32,736 nucleotides of DNA, taken from NCBI GenBank assembly GCA_043228905.1, contig JBHGNT010000348.1:1-32736 (forward strand), written 5' to 3'. Shown in pieces: positions 1 to 8,794 of the stretch. Below the pieces are notes generated by a model. The model was not told the DNA's origin. It searched no databases and saw only the letters and a program-made list of their open reading frames with translations. How positions within the stretch are numbered: the first letter of the stretch is position 1; each line of letters begins with the position of its first letter. This DNA comes from Azolla caroliniana (lineage: Eukaryota > Plantae > Polypodiophyta). The translations under genes and the position numbers were made by a program.

Positions 1-151
1 ACCTGATCGTGCGTGCGTGCGTGCGTGTTGTGCGCGAGCGTGGAGAAATATGATTGAGAGGGTTATGAGAACGTCAAGACACCACACAGAGCACACCATT
101 TACATTTACGATGTTCAGAAAGTGTATAGTTGAAAAAGTTATGTACGTTCT

Positions 152-1188
152 TTAAAAGTGGCGAATACAAGCGCGTGGGCGAAGATCACATTGTTGGAGA
201 AGGCGAGAGGTTGCCACGCTTAGAAGTTGTTCCTCCTCACCGGCCTTGAAACGACGACGTTGTTCCTCATCTTGTCGTCCGGTCATGCGATAACGGCGCT
301 CGTCCTCCTCGCGCTCGCTACTGTCTCTCTCTCGCTCGGCATCCTCTTCCATTGACGACGTTCCCTTGACACTTGGTTATGGCGGTGACCATCATTGCGT
401 GCCTCTTCTCCGCTAATGTATAAGGCCTCGCGGAGGCGGTTGCAACGCTCTTCTACGGGGATTTGTTCCACGTTCCTGCAGCATCTTTCGGAGGGCCTTG
501 CATATCGGCTGATTTCATCCCAAGAGGTGCGACGGCTTCGTCCACGTTCTTCCTTCTCATTACGTTCTTGTAGGTGGCGGACCTGCCTATCGACGAAGTT
601 TTGGCACTCTTGCCTCAACTCTCGGTCTCGTGGCTCATCGCGATCGCGGCCGCGACGATCCCGTTCCTCTTCGGACTCTCTCTTGTTGTCTCTGCGACGT
701 CCTTCATCGAGGGATCCTTCACGACGTCGGTCGCGCCTCTCCTGCTCGACATCCTCCTCCCTGCGTCGATCGCGCCTCTCGTCACGTGACTCATCACGAT
801 CGCGACCGCGACGATCCCGTTCCTCTTCGGACTCTCTCTTGTTGTCTCCGTAGCGCCCCTCCTCGATGGACCCCTCGCGACGTCCCCCGCGCCTCTCCTC
901 ATCGAAATCCTCCTCCCTGCGTCGATCGCGCCTCTCCTCACGTGGCTCATCGCGATCGTGACTGCGACGATCCCGGTCCTCATCCGACTCTCTCTTGTTG
1001 TCTCTGTAGCGCCCCTCATCGATGGATCCCTCACGACGTCCGCTGCGCCTCTCCTCGTCGACATCCTCCTCCCTACGTCGATCGCGCCTCTCCTCTTCGC
1101 GATCCCGTCCTACAGATCTAGCATTGGCCGCGCCGCAGGCGGCTAGCATGATAACCGCCATGAGGAATATGATAGTGAGCTTCGCCAT
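152..1188 (-). pseudogene. Copy 1 of the Arg-rich 2S-albumin-like precursor, 1-bp frameshift near 349-350 (may be a sequencing error)
   Basis: 'ctcttccattg' versus consensus 'ctcttcccattg'. The ORF is split into 283..1188 and 152..352. Confidence 0.7.
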
Positions 1189-1254
1189 TGCTTGTGTTCG
1201 GAACTACCCCGGTTCTCTCTCCGCCTATTTGAGTGTGTCATGGTTGATCCACCC

Positions 1255-1388
1255 TTATATACACAAGGCCATGCATGTCTAGTACATGCATGTCCCTTCC
1301 ACGTCCATTCCTATAGACGTTAATGGCATGATCCATACTTGGGCCACGGAAGAGACCATTCACTTTTATCCACCCCCCTTTACGTGTC
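1255..1388 (-). promoter_or_regulatory. Promoter module of copy 1 (TATA, 2x RY, ABRE)
   Basis: Same motifs as copy 2, with one C missing near 1299-1300. Confidence 0.72.
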
Positions 1389-2311
1389 CAGGATCCTCCT
1401 GCTTCGACCTACCATATCACTAGCCCTATACTCACCTCCATCACACCAGGAGTGGGATTATGCACTTGGGCATTTCAAATCTACTAACCTATGGACGCTT
1501 CGTCCATATTGCAACGTAGACAGTATGTAACCTCATGATAGCCACCTACACATGTGATGCCATTGAGGTTGTAGAGTGCGTATGGGCCTCGTAAAACGAG
1601 GATAAGGTGGTGAGAAAAGGTTTTTAGGGTGTTGGTTCTCTCCACGAAAACGTTATCGGTGGTTGTGGCCACGAGGGGGTTTAGAATCCATTGCGACCAA
1701 CATACGGACGACGACACGCGTTTTCATTGTGATTACAAGATCCGTCGTCGTTGTGGACGCTGCAACCACCGGAGGAATATGAAGGTGGCACCATTCAAGG
1801 ACAACATTTCTAGGTGAAACATGCGTGGGTTGGTTGGTTCACACGATGATGAAAAATGGTAGATAGACATGGGAATTTCATGTGGAATCATGTTTGTAGT
1901 AGGAGTTACGATCAGCCACTACTATTGCGCACATCATGGTACGGCGAGACACGGCATTGTATGAGGGTGGCTTCAATACAACATTGTGATGGCATCGACG
2001 TTTGACGAGTTTCGCGTTGCTCGTGAGAGAGATAGCGATAGATGGATAGAGATAGATATAGGTAGGGTGGGAGTGGGTAGTGTGCGTGTGGGCACGTTAC
2101 CTAATCATGTGTGCGTGGAGTTTCATTTTGCTTGTGCAATGAGCGAGCGAGGGCACGCGACCTGATCGTGCGTGCGTGCGTGCGTGTTGTGCGCGAGCGT
2201 GGGAGAAATATGATTGAGAGGGTTATGAGAACGTCAAGACACCACACAGAGCACACCATTTACATTTACGATGTTCAGAAAGTGTATAGTTGAAAAAGTT
2301 ATGTACGTTCT

Positions 2312-3349
2312 TTAAAAGTGGCGAATACAAGCGCGTGGGCGAAGATCACATTGTTGGAGAAGGCGAGAGGTTGCCACGCTTAGAAGTTGTTCCTCCTCAC
2401 CGGCCTTGAAACGACGACGTTGTTCCTCATCTTGTCGTCCGGTCATGCGATAACGGCGCTCGTCCTCCTCGCGCTCGCTACTGTCTCTCTCTCGCTCGGC
2501 ATCCTCTTCCCATTGACGACGTTCCCTTGACACTTGGTTATGGCGGTGACCATCATTGCGTGCCTCTTCTCCGCTAATGTATAAGGCCTCGCGGAGGCGG
2601 TTGCAACGCTCTTCTACGGGGATTTGTTCCACGTTCCTGCAGCATCTTTCGGAGGGCCTTGCATATCGGCTGATTTCATCCCAAGAGGTGCGACGGCTTC
2701 GTCCACGTTCTTCCTTCTCATTACGTTCTTGTAGGTGGCGGACCTGCCTATCGACGAAGTTTTGGCACTCTTGCCTCAACTCTCGGTCTCGTGGCTCATC
2801 GCGATCGCGGCCGCGACGATCCCGTTCCTCTTCGGACTCTCTCTTGTTGTCTCTGCGACGTCCTTCATCGAGGGATCCTTCACGACGTCGGTCGCGCCTC
2901 TCCTGCTCGACATCCTCCTCCCTGCGTCGATCGCGCCTCTCGTCACGTGACTCATCACGATCGCGACCGCGACGATCCCGTTCCTCTTCGGACTCTCTCT
3001 TGTTGTCTCCGTAGCGCCCCTCCTCGATGGACCCCTCGCGACGTCCCCCGCGCCTCTCCTCATCGAAATCCTCCTCCCTGCGTCGATCGCGCCTCTCCTC
3101 ACGTGGCTCATCGCGATCGTGACTGCGACGATCCCGGTCCTCATCCGACTCTCTCTTGTTGTCTCTGTAGCGCCCCTCATCGATGGATCCCTCACGACGT
3201 CCGCTGCGCCTCTCCTCGTCGACATCCTCCTCCCTACGTCGATCGCGCCTCTCCTCTTCGCGATCCCGTCCTACAGATCTAGCATTGGCCGCGCCGCAGG
3301 CGGCTAGCATGATAACCGCCATGAGGAATATGATAGTGAGCTTCGCCAT
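2312..3349 (-). CDS. Copy 2: Arg/Glu/Asp-rich 2S-albumin-like (prolamin superfamily) storage protein precursor, 345 aa, intronless
   Basis: Signal peptide MAKLTIIFLMAVIMLAACGAANA and plant-type start context GCAATGGCG. Cys at 195, 236, 237, 249, 334, 341. Motifs ERCCRNVEQIPVEERCNRLREAL and RLLQQCDLRPRAC resemble the 2S-albumin CC..L..CxC.AL and LPxxCxL..C segments. RY/ABRE promoter directly upstream. Confidence 0.85.
   Translation of the reverse strand: MAKLTIIFLMAVIMLAACGAANARSVGRDREEERRDRRREEDVDEERRSGRREGSIDEGRYRDNKRESDEDRDRRSHDRDEPREERRDRRREEDFDEERRGGRREGSIEEGRYGDNKRESEEERDRRGRDRDESRDERRDRRREEDVEQERRDRRREGSLDEGRRRDNKRESEEERDRRGRDRDEPRDRELRQECQNFVDRQVRHLQERNEKEERGRSRRTSWDEISRYARPSERCCRNVEQIPVEERCNRLREALYISGEEARNDGHRHNQVSRERRQWEEDAERERDSSEREEDERRYRMTGRQDEEQRRRFKAGEEEQLLSVATSRLLQQCDLRPRACIRHF
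2789..3256 (-). repeat. Intragenic 156-bp (52-aa) repeat x3, present in every copy (copy 2 coordinates shown)
   Basis: DNKRES motif with Asn at residues 64, 116 and 168, exactly 52 apart. EERRDRRREED-like starts at residues 32, 84 and 136. Confidence 0.95.
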
Positions 3350-3415
3350 TGCTTGTGTTCGGAACTACCCCGGTTCTCTCTCCGCCTATTTGAGTGTGTC
3401 ATGGTTGATCCACCC

Positions 3416-3422
3416 TTATATA
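3416..3422 (-). promoter_or_regulatory. TATA box (TATATAA) of copy 2
   Basis: Minus strand GTATATAAGG, 67-73 bp upstream of the ATG. An initiator-like CTCA has its A at 3391, 31 bp from the TATA start. Confidence 0.75.
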
Positions 3423-3430
3423 CACAAGGC

Positions 3431-3453
3431 CATGCATGTCTAGTACATGCATG
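3431..3453. promoter_or_regulatory. Two RY elements CATGCATG (3431-3438, 3446-3453), B3-domain ABI3/FUS3/LEC2-type sites
   Basis: catgcatg-tctagta-catgcatg immediately upstream of the TATA box. RY is the established seed-storage-gene element. Confidence 0.8.
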
Positions 3454-3460
3454 TCCCTTC

Positions 3461-3550
3461 CCACGTCCATTCCTATAGACGTTAATGGCATGATCCATAC
3501 TTGGGCCACGGAAGAGACCATTCACTTTTATCCACCCCCCTTTACGTGTC
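3461..3550. promoter_or_regulatory. ABRE/ACGT-core cluster: ACGTGG on minus strand (3461-3466), GACGTT (3478-3483), TACGTGTC (3543-3550)
   Basis: TACGTGTC matches the ABRE consensus ACGTG(G/T)C and lies within about 100 bp of the RY pair. Confidence 0.65.
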
Positions 3551-4185
3551 CAGGATCCTCCTGCTTCGACCTACCATATCACTAGCCCTATACTCACCTC
3601 CATCACACCAGGAGTGGGATTATGCACTTGGGCATTTCAAATCTACTAACCTATGGACGCTTCGTCCATATTGCAACGTAGACAGTATGTAACCTCATGA
3701 TAGCCACCTACACATGTGATGCCATTGAGGTTGTAGAGTGCGTATGGGCCTCGTAAAACGAGGATAAGGTGGTGAGAAAAGGTTTTTAGGGTGTTGGTTC
3801 TCTCCACGAAAACGTTATCGGTGGTTGTGGCCACGAGGGGGTTTAGAATCCATTGCGACCAACATACGGACGACGACACGCGTTTTCATTGTGATTACAA
3901 GATCCGTCGTCGTTGTGGACGCTGCAACCACCGGAGGAATATGAAGGTGGCACCATTCAAGGACAACATTTCTAGGTGAAACATGCGTGGGTTGGTTGGT
4001 TCACACGATGATGAAAATGGTAGATAGACATGGGAATTTCATGTGGAATCATGTTTGTAGTAGGAGTTACGATCAGCCACTACTATTGCGCACATCATGG
4101 TACGGCGAGACACGGCATTGTATGAGGGTGGCTTCAATACAACATTGTGATGGCATCGACGTTTGACGAGTTTCGCGTTGCTCGT

Positions 4186-4347
4186 GAGAGAGATAGCGAT
4201 AGATGGATAGAGATAGATATAGGTAGGGTGGGAGTGGGTAGTGTGCGTGTGGGCACGTTACCTAATCATGTGTGCGTGGAGTTTCATTTTGCTTGTGCAA
4301 TGAGCGAGCGAGGGCACGCGACCTGATCGTGCGTGCGTGCGTGCGTG
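4186..4347 (+). repeat. Low-complexity spacer tract: degenerate GA/GATA run, G-runs, (GAGC)n and (CGTG)5; present in each unit
   Basis: gagagagatagcgatagatggatagagatagatatagg..., gagcgagcgag, cgtgcgtgcgtgcgtgcgtg read directly. Confidence 0.75.
4283..4288 (-). terminator. Candidate plant poly(A) near-upstream element AATGAA for copy 3 (same position in each unit)
   Basis: Minus-strand AAAATGAAA about 185 bp after the stop codon. I saw no AATAAA in the 3' flank. A TG-rich stretch and TGTAA lie between the stop and this site. Confidence 0.3.
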
Positions 4348-4472
4348 TTGTGCGCGAGCGTGGGAGAAATATGATTGAGAGGGTTATGAGAACGTCAAGA
4401 CACCACACAGAGCACACCATTTACATTTACGATGTTCAGAAAGTGTATAGTTGAAAAAGTTATGTACGTTCT

Positions 4473-5510
4473 TTAAAAGTGGCGAATACAAGCGCGTGGG
4501 CGAAGATCACATTGTTGGAGAAGGCGAGAGGTTGCCACGCTTAGAAGTTGTTCCTCCTCACCGGCCTTGAAACGACGACGTTGTTCCTCATCTTGTCGTC
4601 CGGTCATGCGATAACGGCGCTCGTCCTCCTCGCGCTCGCTACTGTCTCTCTCTCGCTCGGCATCCTCTTCCCATTGACGACGTTCCCTTGACACTTGGTT
4701 ATGGCGGTGACCATCATTGCGTGCCTCTTCTCCGCTAATGTATAAGGCCTCGCGGAGGCGGTTGCAACGCTCTTCTACGGGGATTTGTTCCACGTTCCTG
4801 CAGCATCTTTCGGAGGGCCTTGCATATCGGCTGATTTCATCCCAAGAGGTGCGACGGCTTCGTCCACGTTCTTCCTTCTCATTACGTTCTTGTAGGTGGC
4901 GGACCTGCCTATCGACGAAGTTTTGGCACTCTTGCCTCAACTCTCGGTCTCGTGGCTCATCGCGATCGCGGCCGCGACGATCCCGTTCCTCTTCGGACTC
5001 TCTCTTGTTGTCTCTGCGACGTCCTTCATCGAGGGATCCTTCACGACGTCGGTCGCGCCTCTCCTGCTCGACATCCTCCTCCCTGCGTCGATCGCGCCTC
5101 TCGTCACGTGACTCATCACGATCGCGACCGCGACGATCCCGTTCCTCTTCGGACTCTCTCTTGTTGTCTCCGTAGCGCCCCTCCTCGATGGACCCCTCGC
5201 GACGTCCCCCGCGCCTCTCCTCATCGAAATCCTCCTCCCTGCGTCGATCGCGCCTCTCCTCACGTGGCTCATCGCGATCGTGACTGCGACGATCCCGGTC
5301 CTCATCCGACTCTCTCTTGTTGTCTCTGTAGCGCCCCTCATCGATGGATCCCTCACGACGTCCGCTGCGCCTCTCCTCGTCGACATCCTCCTCCCTACGT
5401 CGATCGCGCCTCTCCTCTTCGCGATCCCGTCCTACAGATCTAGCATTGGCCGCGCCGCAGGCGGCTAGCATGATAACCGCCATGAGGAATATGATAGTGA
5501 GCTTCGCCAT
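4473..5510 (-). CDS. Copy 3: Arg-rich 2S-albumin-like precursor, 345 aa, intact
   Basis: Translation identical to copy 2. Confidence 0.85.
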   Translation of the reverse strand: MAKLTIIFLMAVIMLAACGAANARSVGRDREEERRDRRREEDVDEERRSGRREGSIDEGRYRDNKRESDEDRDRRSHDRDEPREERRDRRREEDFDEERRGGRREGSIEEGRYGDNKRESEEERDRRGRDRDESRDERRDRRREEDVEQERRDRRREGSLDEGRRRDNKRESEEERDRRGRDRDEPRDRELRQECQNFVDRQVRHLQERNEKEERGRSRRTSWDEISRYARPSERCCRNVEQIPVEERCNRLREALYISGEEARNDGHRHNQVSRERRQWEEDAERERDSSEREEDERRYRMTGRQDEEQRRRFKAGEEEQLLSVATSRLLQQCDLRPRACIRHF

Positions 5511-5576
5511 TGCTTGTGTTCGGAACTACCCCGGTTCTCTCTCCGCCTATTTGAGTGTGTCATGGTTGATCCACCC

Positions 5577-5711
5577 TTATATACACAAGGCCATGCATGT
5601 CTAGTACATGCATGTCCCTTCCCACGTCCATTCCTATAGACGTTAATGGCATGATCCATACTTGGGCCACGGAAGAGACCATTCACTTTTATCCACCCCC
5701 CTTTACGTGTC
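5577..5711 (-). promoter_or_regulatory. Promoter module of copy 3 (TATA, 2x RY, ABRE)
   Basis: Same motifs and offsets as copy 2. Confidence 0.72.
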
Positions 5712-6633
5712 CAGGATCCTCCTGCTTCGACCTACCATATCACTAGCCCTATACTCACCTCCATCACACCAGGAGTGGGATTATGCACTTGGGCATTTCA
5801 AATCTACTAACCTATGGACGCTTCGTCCATATTGCAACGTAGACAGTATGTAACCTCATGATAGCCACCTACACATGTGATGCCATTGAGGTTGTAGAGT
5901 GCGTATGGGCCTCGTAAAACGAGGATAAGGTGGTGAGAAAAGGTTTTTAGGGTGTTGGTTCTCTCCACGAAAACGTTATCGGTGGTTGTGGCCACGAGGG
6001 GGTTTAGAATCCATTGCGACCAACATACGGACGACGACACGCGTTTTCATTGTGATTACAAGATCCGTCGTCGTTGTGGACGCTGCAACCACCGGAGGAA
6101 TATGAAGGTGGCACCATTCAAGGACAACATTTCTAGGTGAAACATGCGTGGGTTGGTTGGTTCACACGATGATGAAAATGGTAGATAGACATGGGAATTT
6201 CATGTGGAATCATGTTTGTAGTAGGAGTTACGATCAGCCACTACTATTGCGCACATCATGGTACGGCGAGACACGGCATTGTATGAGGGTGGCTTCAATA
6301 CAACATTGTGATGGCATCGACGTTTGACGAGTTTCGCGTTGCTCGTGAGAGAGATAGCGATAGATGGATAGAGATAGATATAGGTAGGGTGGGAGTGGGT
6401 AGTGTGCGTGTGGGCACGTTACCTAATCATGTGTGCGTGGAGTTTCATTTTGCTTGTGCAATGAGCGAGCGAGGGCACGCGACCTGATCGTGCGTGCGTG
6501 CGTGCGTGTTGTGCGCGAGCGTGGGAGAAATATGATTGAGAGGGTTATGAGAACGTCAAGACACCACACAGAGCACACCATTTACATTTACGATGTTCAG
6601 AAAGTGTATAGTTGAAAAAGTTATGTACGTTCT

Positions 6634-7671
6634 TTAAAAGTGGCGAATACAAGCGCGTGGGCGAAGATCACATTGTTGGAGAAGGCGAGAGGTTGCCACG
6701 CTTAGAAGTTGTTCCTCCTCACCGGCCTTGAAACGACGACGTTGTTCCTCATCTTGTCGTCCGGTCATGCGATAACGGCGCTCGTCCTCCTCGCGCTCGC
6801 TACTGTCTCTCTCTCGCTCGGCATCCTCTTCCCATTGACGACGTTCCCTTGACACTTGGTTATGGCGGTGACCATCATTGCGTGCCTCTTCTCCGCTAAT
6901 GTATAAGGCCTCGCGGAGGCGGTTGCAACGCTCTTCTACGGGGATTTGTTCCACGTTCCTGCAGCATCTTTCGGAGGGCCTTGCATATCGGCTGATTTCA
7001 TCCCAAGAGGTGCGACGGCTTCGTCCACGTTCTTCCTTCTCATTACGTTCTTGTAGGTGGCGGACCTGCCTATCGACGAAGTTTTGGCACTCTTGCCTCA
7101 ACTCTCGGTCTCGTGGCTCATCGCGATCGCGGCCGCGACGATCCCGTTCCTCTTCGGACTCTCTCTTGTTGTCTCTGCGACGTCCTTCATCGAGGGATCC
7201 TTCACGACGTCGGTCGCGCCTCTCCTGCTCGACATCCTCCTCCCTGCGTCGATCGCGCCTCTCGTCACGTGACTCATCACGATCGCGACCGCGACGATCC
7301 CGTTCCTCTTCGGACTCTCTCTTGTTGTCTCCGTAGCGCCCCTCCTCGATGGACCCCTCGCGACGTCCCCCGCGCCTCTCCTCATCGAAATCCTCCTCCC
7401 TGCGTCGATCGCGCCTCTCCTCACGTGGCTCATCGCGATCGTGACTGCGACGATCCCGGTCCTCATCCGACTCTCTCTTGTTGTCTCTGTAGCGCCCCTC
7501 ATCGATGGATCCCTCACGACGTCCGCTGCGCCTCTCCTCGTCGACATCCTCCTCCCTACGTCGATCGCGCCTCTCCTCTTCGCGATCCCGTCCTACAGAT
7601 CTAGCATTGGCCGCGCCGCAGGCGGCTAGCATGATAACCGCCATGAGGAATATGATAGTGAGCTTCGCCAT
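6634..7671 (-). CDS. Copy 4: Arg-rich 2S-albumin-like precursor, 345 aa, intact
   Basis: Translation identical to copy 2. Confidence 0.85.
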   Translation of the reverse strand: MAKLTIIFLMAVIMLAACGAANARSVGRDREEERRDRRREEDVDEERRSGRREGSIDEGRYRDNKRESDEDRDRRSHDRDEPREERRDRRREEDFDEERRGGRREGSIEEGRYGDNKRESEEERDRRGRDRDESRDERRDRRREEDVEQERRDRRREGSLDEGRRRDNKRESEEERDRRGRDRDEPRDRELRQECQNFVDRQVRHLQERNEKEERGRSRRTSWDEISRYARPSERCCRNVEQIPVEERCNRLREALYISGEEARNDGHRHNQVSRERRQWEEDAERERDSSEREEDERRYRMTGRQDEEQRRRFKAGEEEQLLSVATSRLLQQCDLRPRACIRHF

Positions 7672-7737
7672 TGCTTGTGTTCGGAACTACCCCGGTTCTC
7701 TCTCCGCCTATTTGAGTGTGTCATGGTTGATCCACCC

Positions 7738-7872
7738 TTATATACACAAGGCCATGCATGTCTAGTACATGCATGTCCCTTCCCACGTCCATTCCTATAG
7801 ACGTTAATGGCATGATCCATACTTGGGCCACGGAAGAGACCATTCACTTTTATCCACCCCCCTTTACGTGTC
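7738..7872 (-). promoter_or_regulatory. Promoter module of copy 4 (TATA, 2x RY, ABRE)
   Basis: Same motifs and offsets as copy 2. Confidence 0.72.
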
Positions 7873-8794
7873 CAGGATCCTCCTGCTTCGACCTACCATA
7901 TCACTAGCCCTATACTCACCTCCATCACACCAGGAGTGGGATTATGCACTTGGGCATTTCAAATCTACTAACCTATGGACGCTTCGTCCATATTGCAACG
8001 TAGACAGTATGTAACCTCATGATAGCCACCTACACATGTGATGCCATTGAGGTTGTAGAGTGCGTATGGGCCTCGTAAAACGAGGATAAGGTGGTGAGAA
8101 AAGGTTTTTAGGGTGTTGGTTCTCTCCACGAAAACGTTATCGGTGGTTGTGGCCACGAGGGGGTTTAGAATCCATTGCGACCAACATACGGACGACGACA
8201 CGCGTTTTCATTGTGATTACAAGATCCGTCGTCGTTGTGGACGCTGCAACCACCGGAGGAATATGAAGGTGGCACCATTCAAGGACAACATTTCTAGGTG
8301 AAACATGCGTGGGTTGGTTGGTTCACACGATGATGAAAATGGTAGATAGACATGGGAATTTCATGTGGAATCATGTTTGTAGTAGGAGTTACGATCAGCC
8401 ACTACTATTGCGCACATCATGGTACGGCGAGACACGGCATTGTATGAGGGTGGCTTCAATACAACATTGTGATGGCATCGACGTTTGACGAGTTTCGCGT
8501 TGCTCGTGAGAGAGATAGCGATAGATGGATAGAGATAGATATAGGTAGGGTGGGAGTGGGTAGTGTGCGTGTGGGCACGTTACCTAATCATGTGTGCGTG
8601 GAGTTTCATTTTGCTTGTGCAATGAGCGAGCGAGGGCACGCGACCTGATCGTGCGTGCGTGCGTGCGTGTTGTGCGCGAGCGTGGGAGAAATATGATTGA
8701 GAGGGTTATGAGAACGTCAAGACACCACACAGAGCACACCATTTACATTTACGATGTTCAGAAAGTGTATAGTTGAAAAAGTTATGTACGTTCT

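Noticed and set aside
2789-3256. SR/RNA-binding or splicing-factor-like RD/RE domain
   Set aside because: Compositional resemblance only. The signal peptide, Cys scaffold and lack of an RRM argue against a nuclear protein.
3281-3349. Bacterial lipoprotein lipobox-like LAAC in the signal peptide
   Set aside because: The context is eukaryotic (TATA, RY, ABRE, plant start context, albumin-like Cys pattern), and A-N-A at 21-23 is a good signal peptidase I site.
2556-3443. Overlapping plus-strand and alternate-frame ORFs (152, 71, 149, 163, 62, 86 aa) repeated in every unit
   Set aside because: Shadow ORFs of a GC-rich, low-complexity repeat CDS. The Ser/Arg/Leu-rich translations are what antisense R/E/D codons give, and they have no promoter or domain evidence.
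3652-3763. Small inverted repeats TATGGACG-ctt-CGTCCATA (3652-3670) and CCTCGT-aaa-ACGAGG (3749-3763)
   Set aside because: Stems of 8 and 6 bp with no U-tract, target-site duplication or other context. Compatible with chance.
3785-3791. Single TTTAGGG plant telomere-like heptamer
   Set aside because: Only one copy per unit, and not a full telo-box.
4226-4253. Possible G-quadruplex GGG-T-GGG-AGT-GGG-N12-GGG
   Set aside because: The third loop is 12 nt and the motif sits in a degenerate microsatellite tract. There is no supporting evidence for function.
3501-4454. Short spacer ORFs (63, 77, 62, 60 aa)
   Set aside because: Short, several begin at TTG/GTG, and none has a recognisable motif. 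Their recurrence only reflects unit identity.
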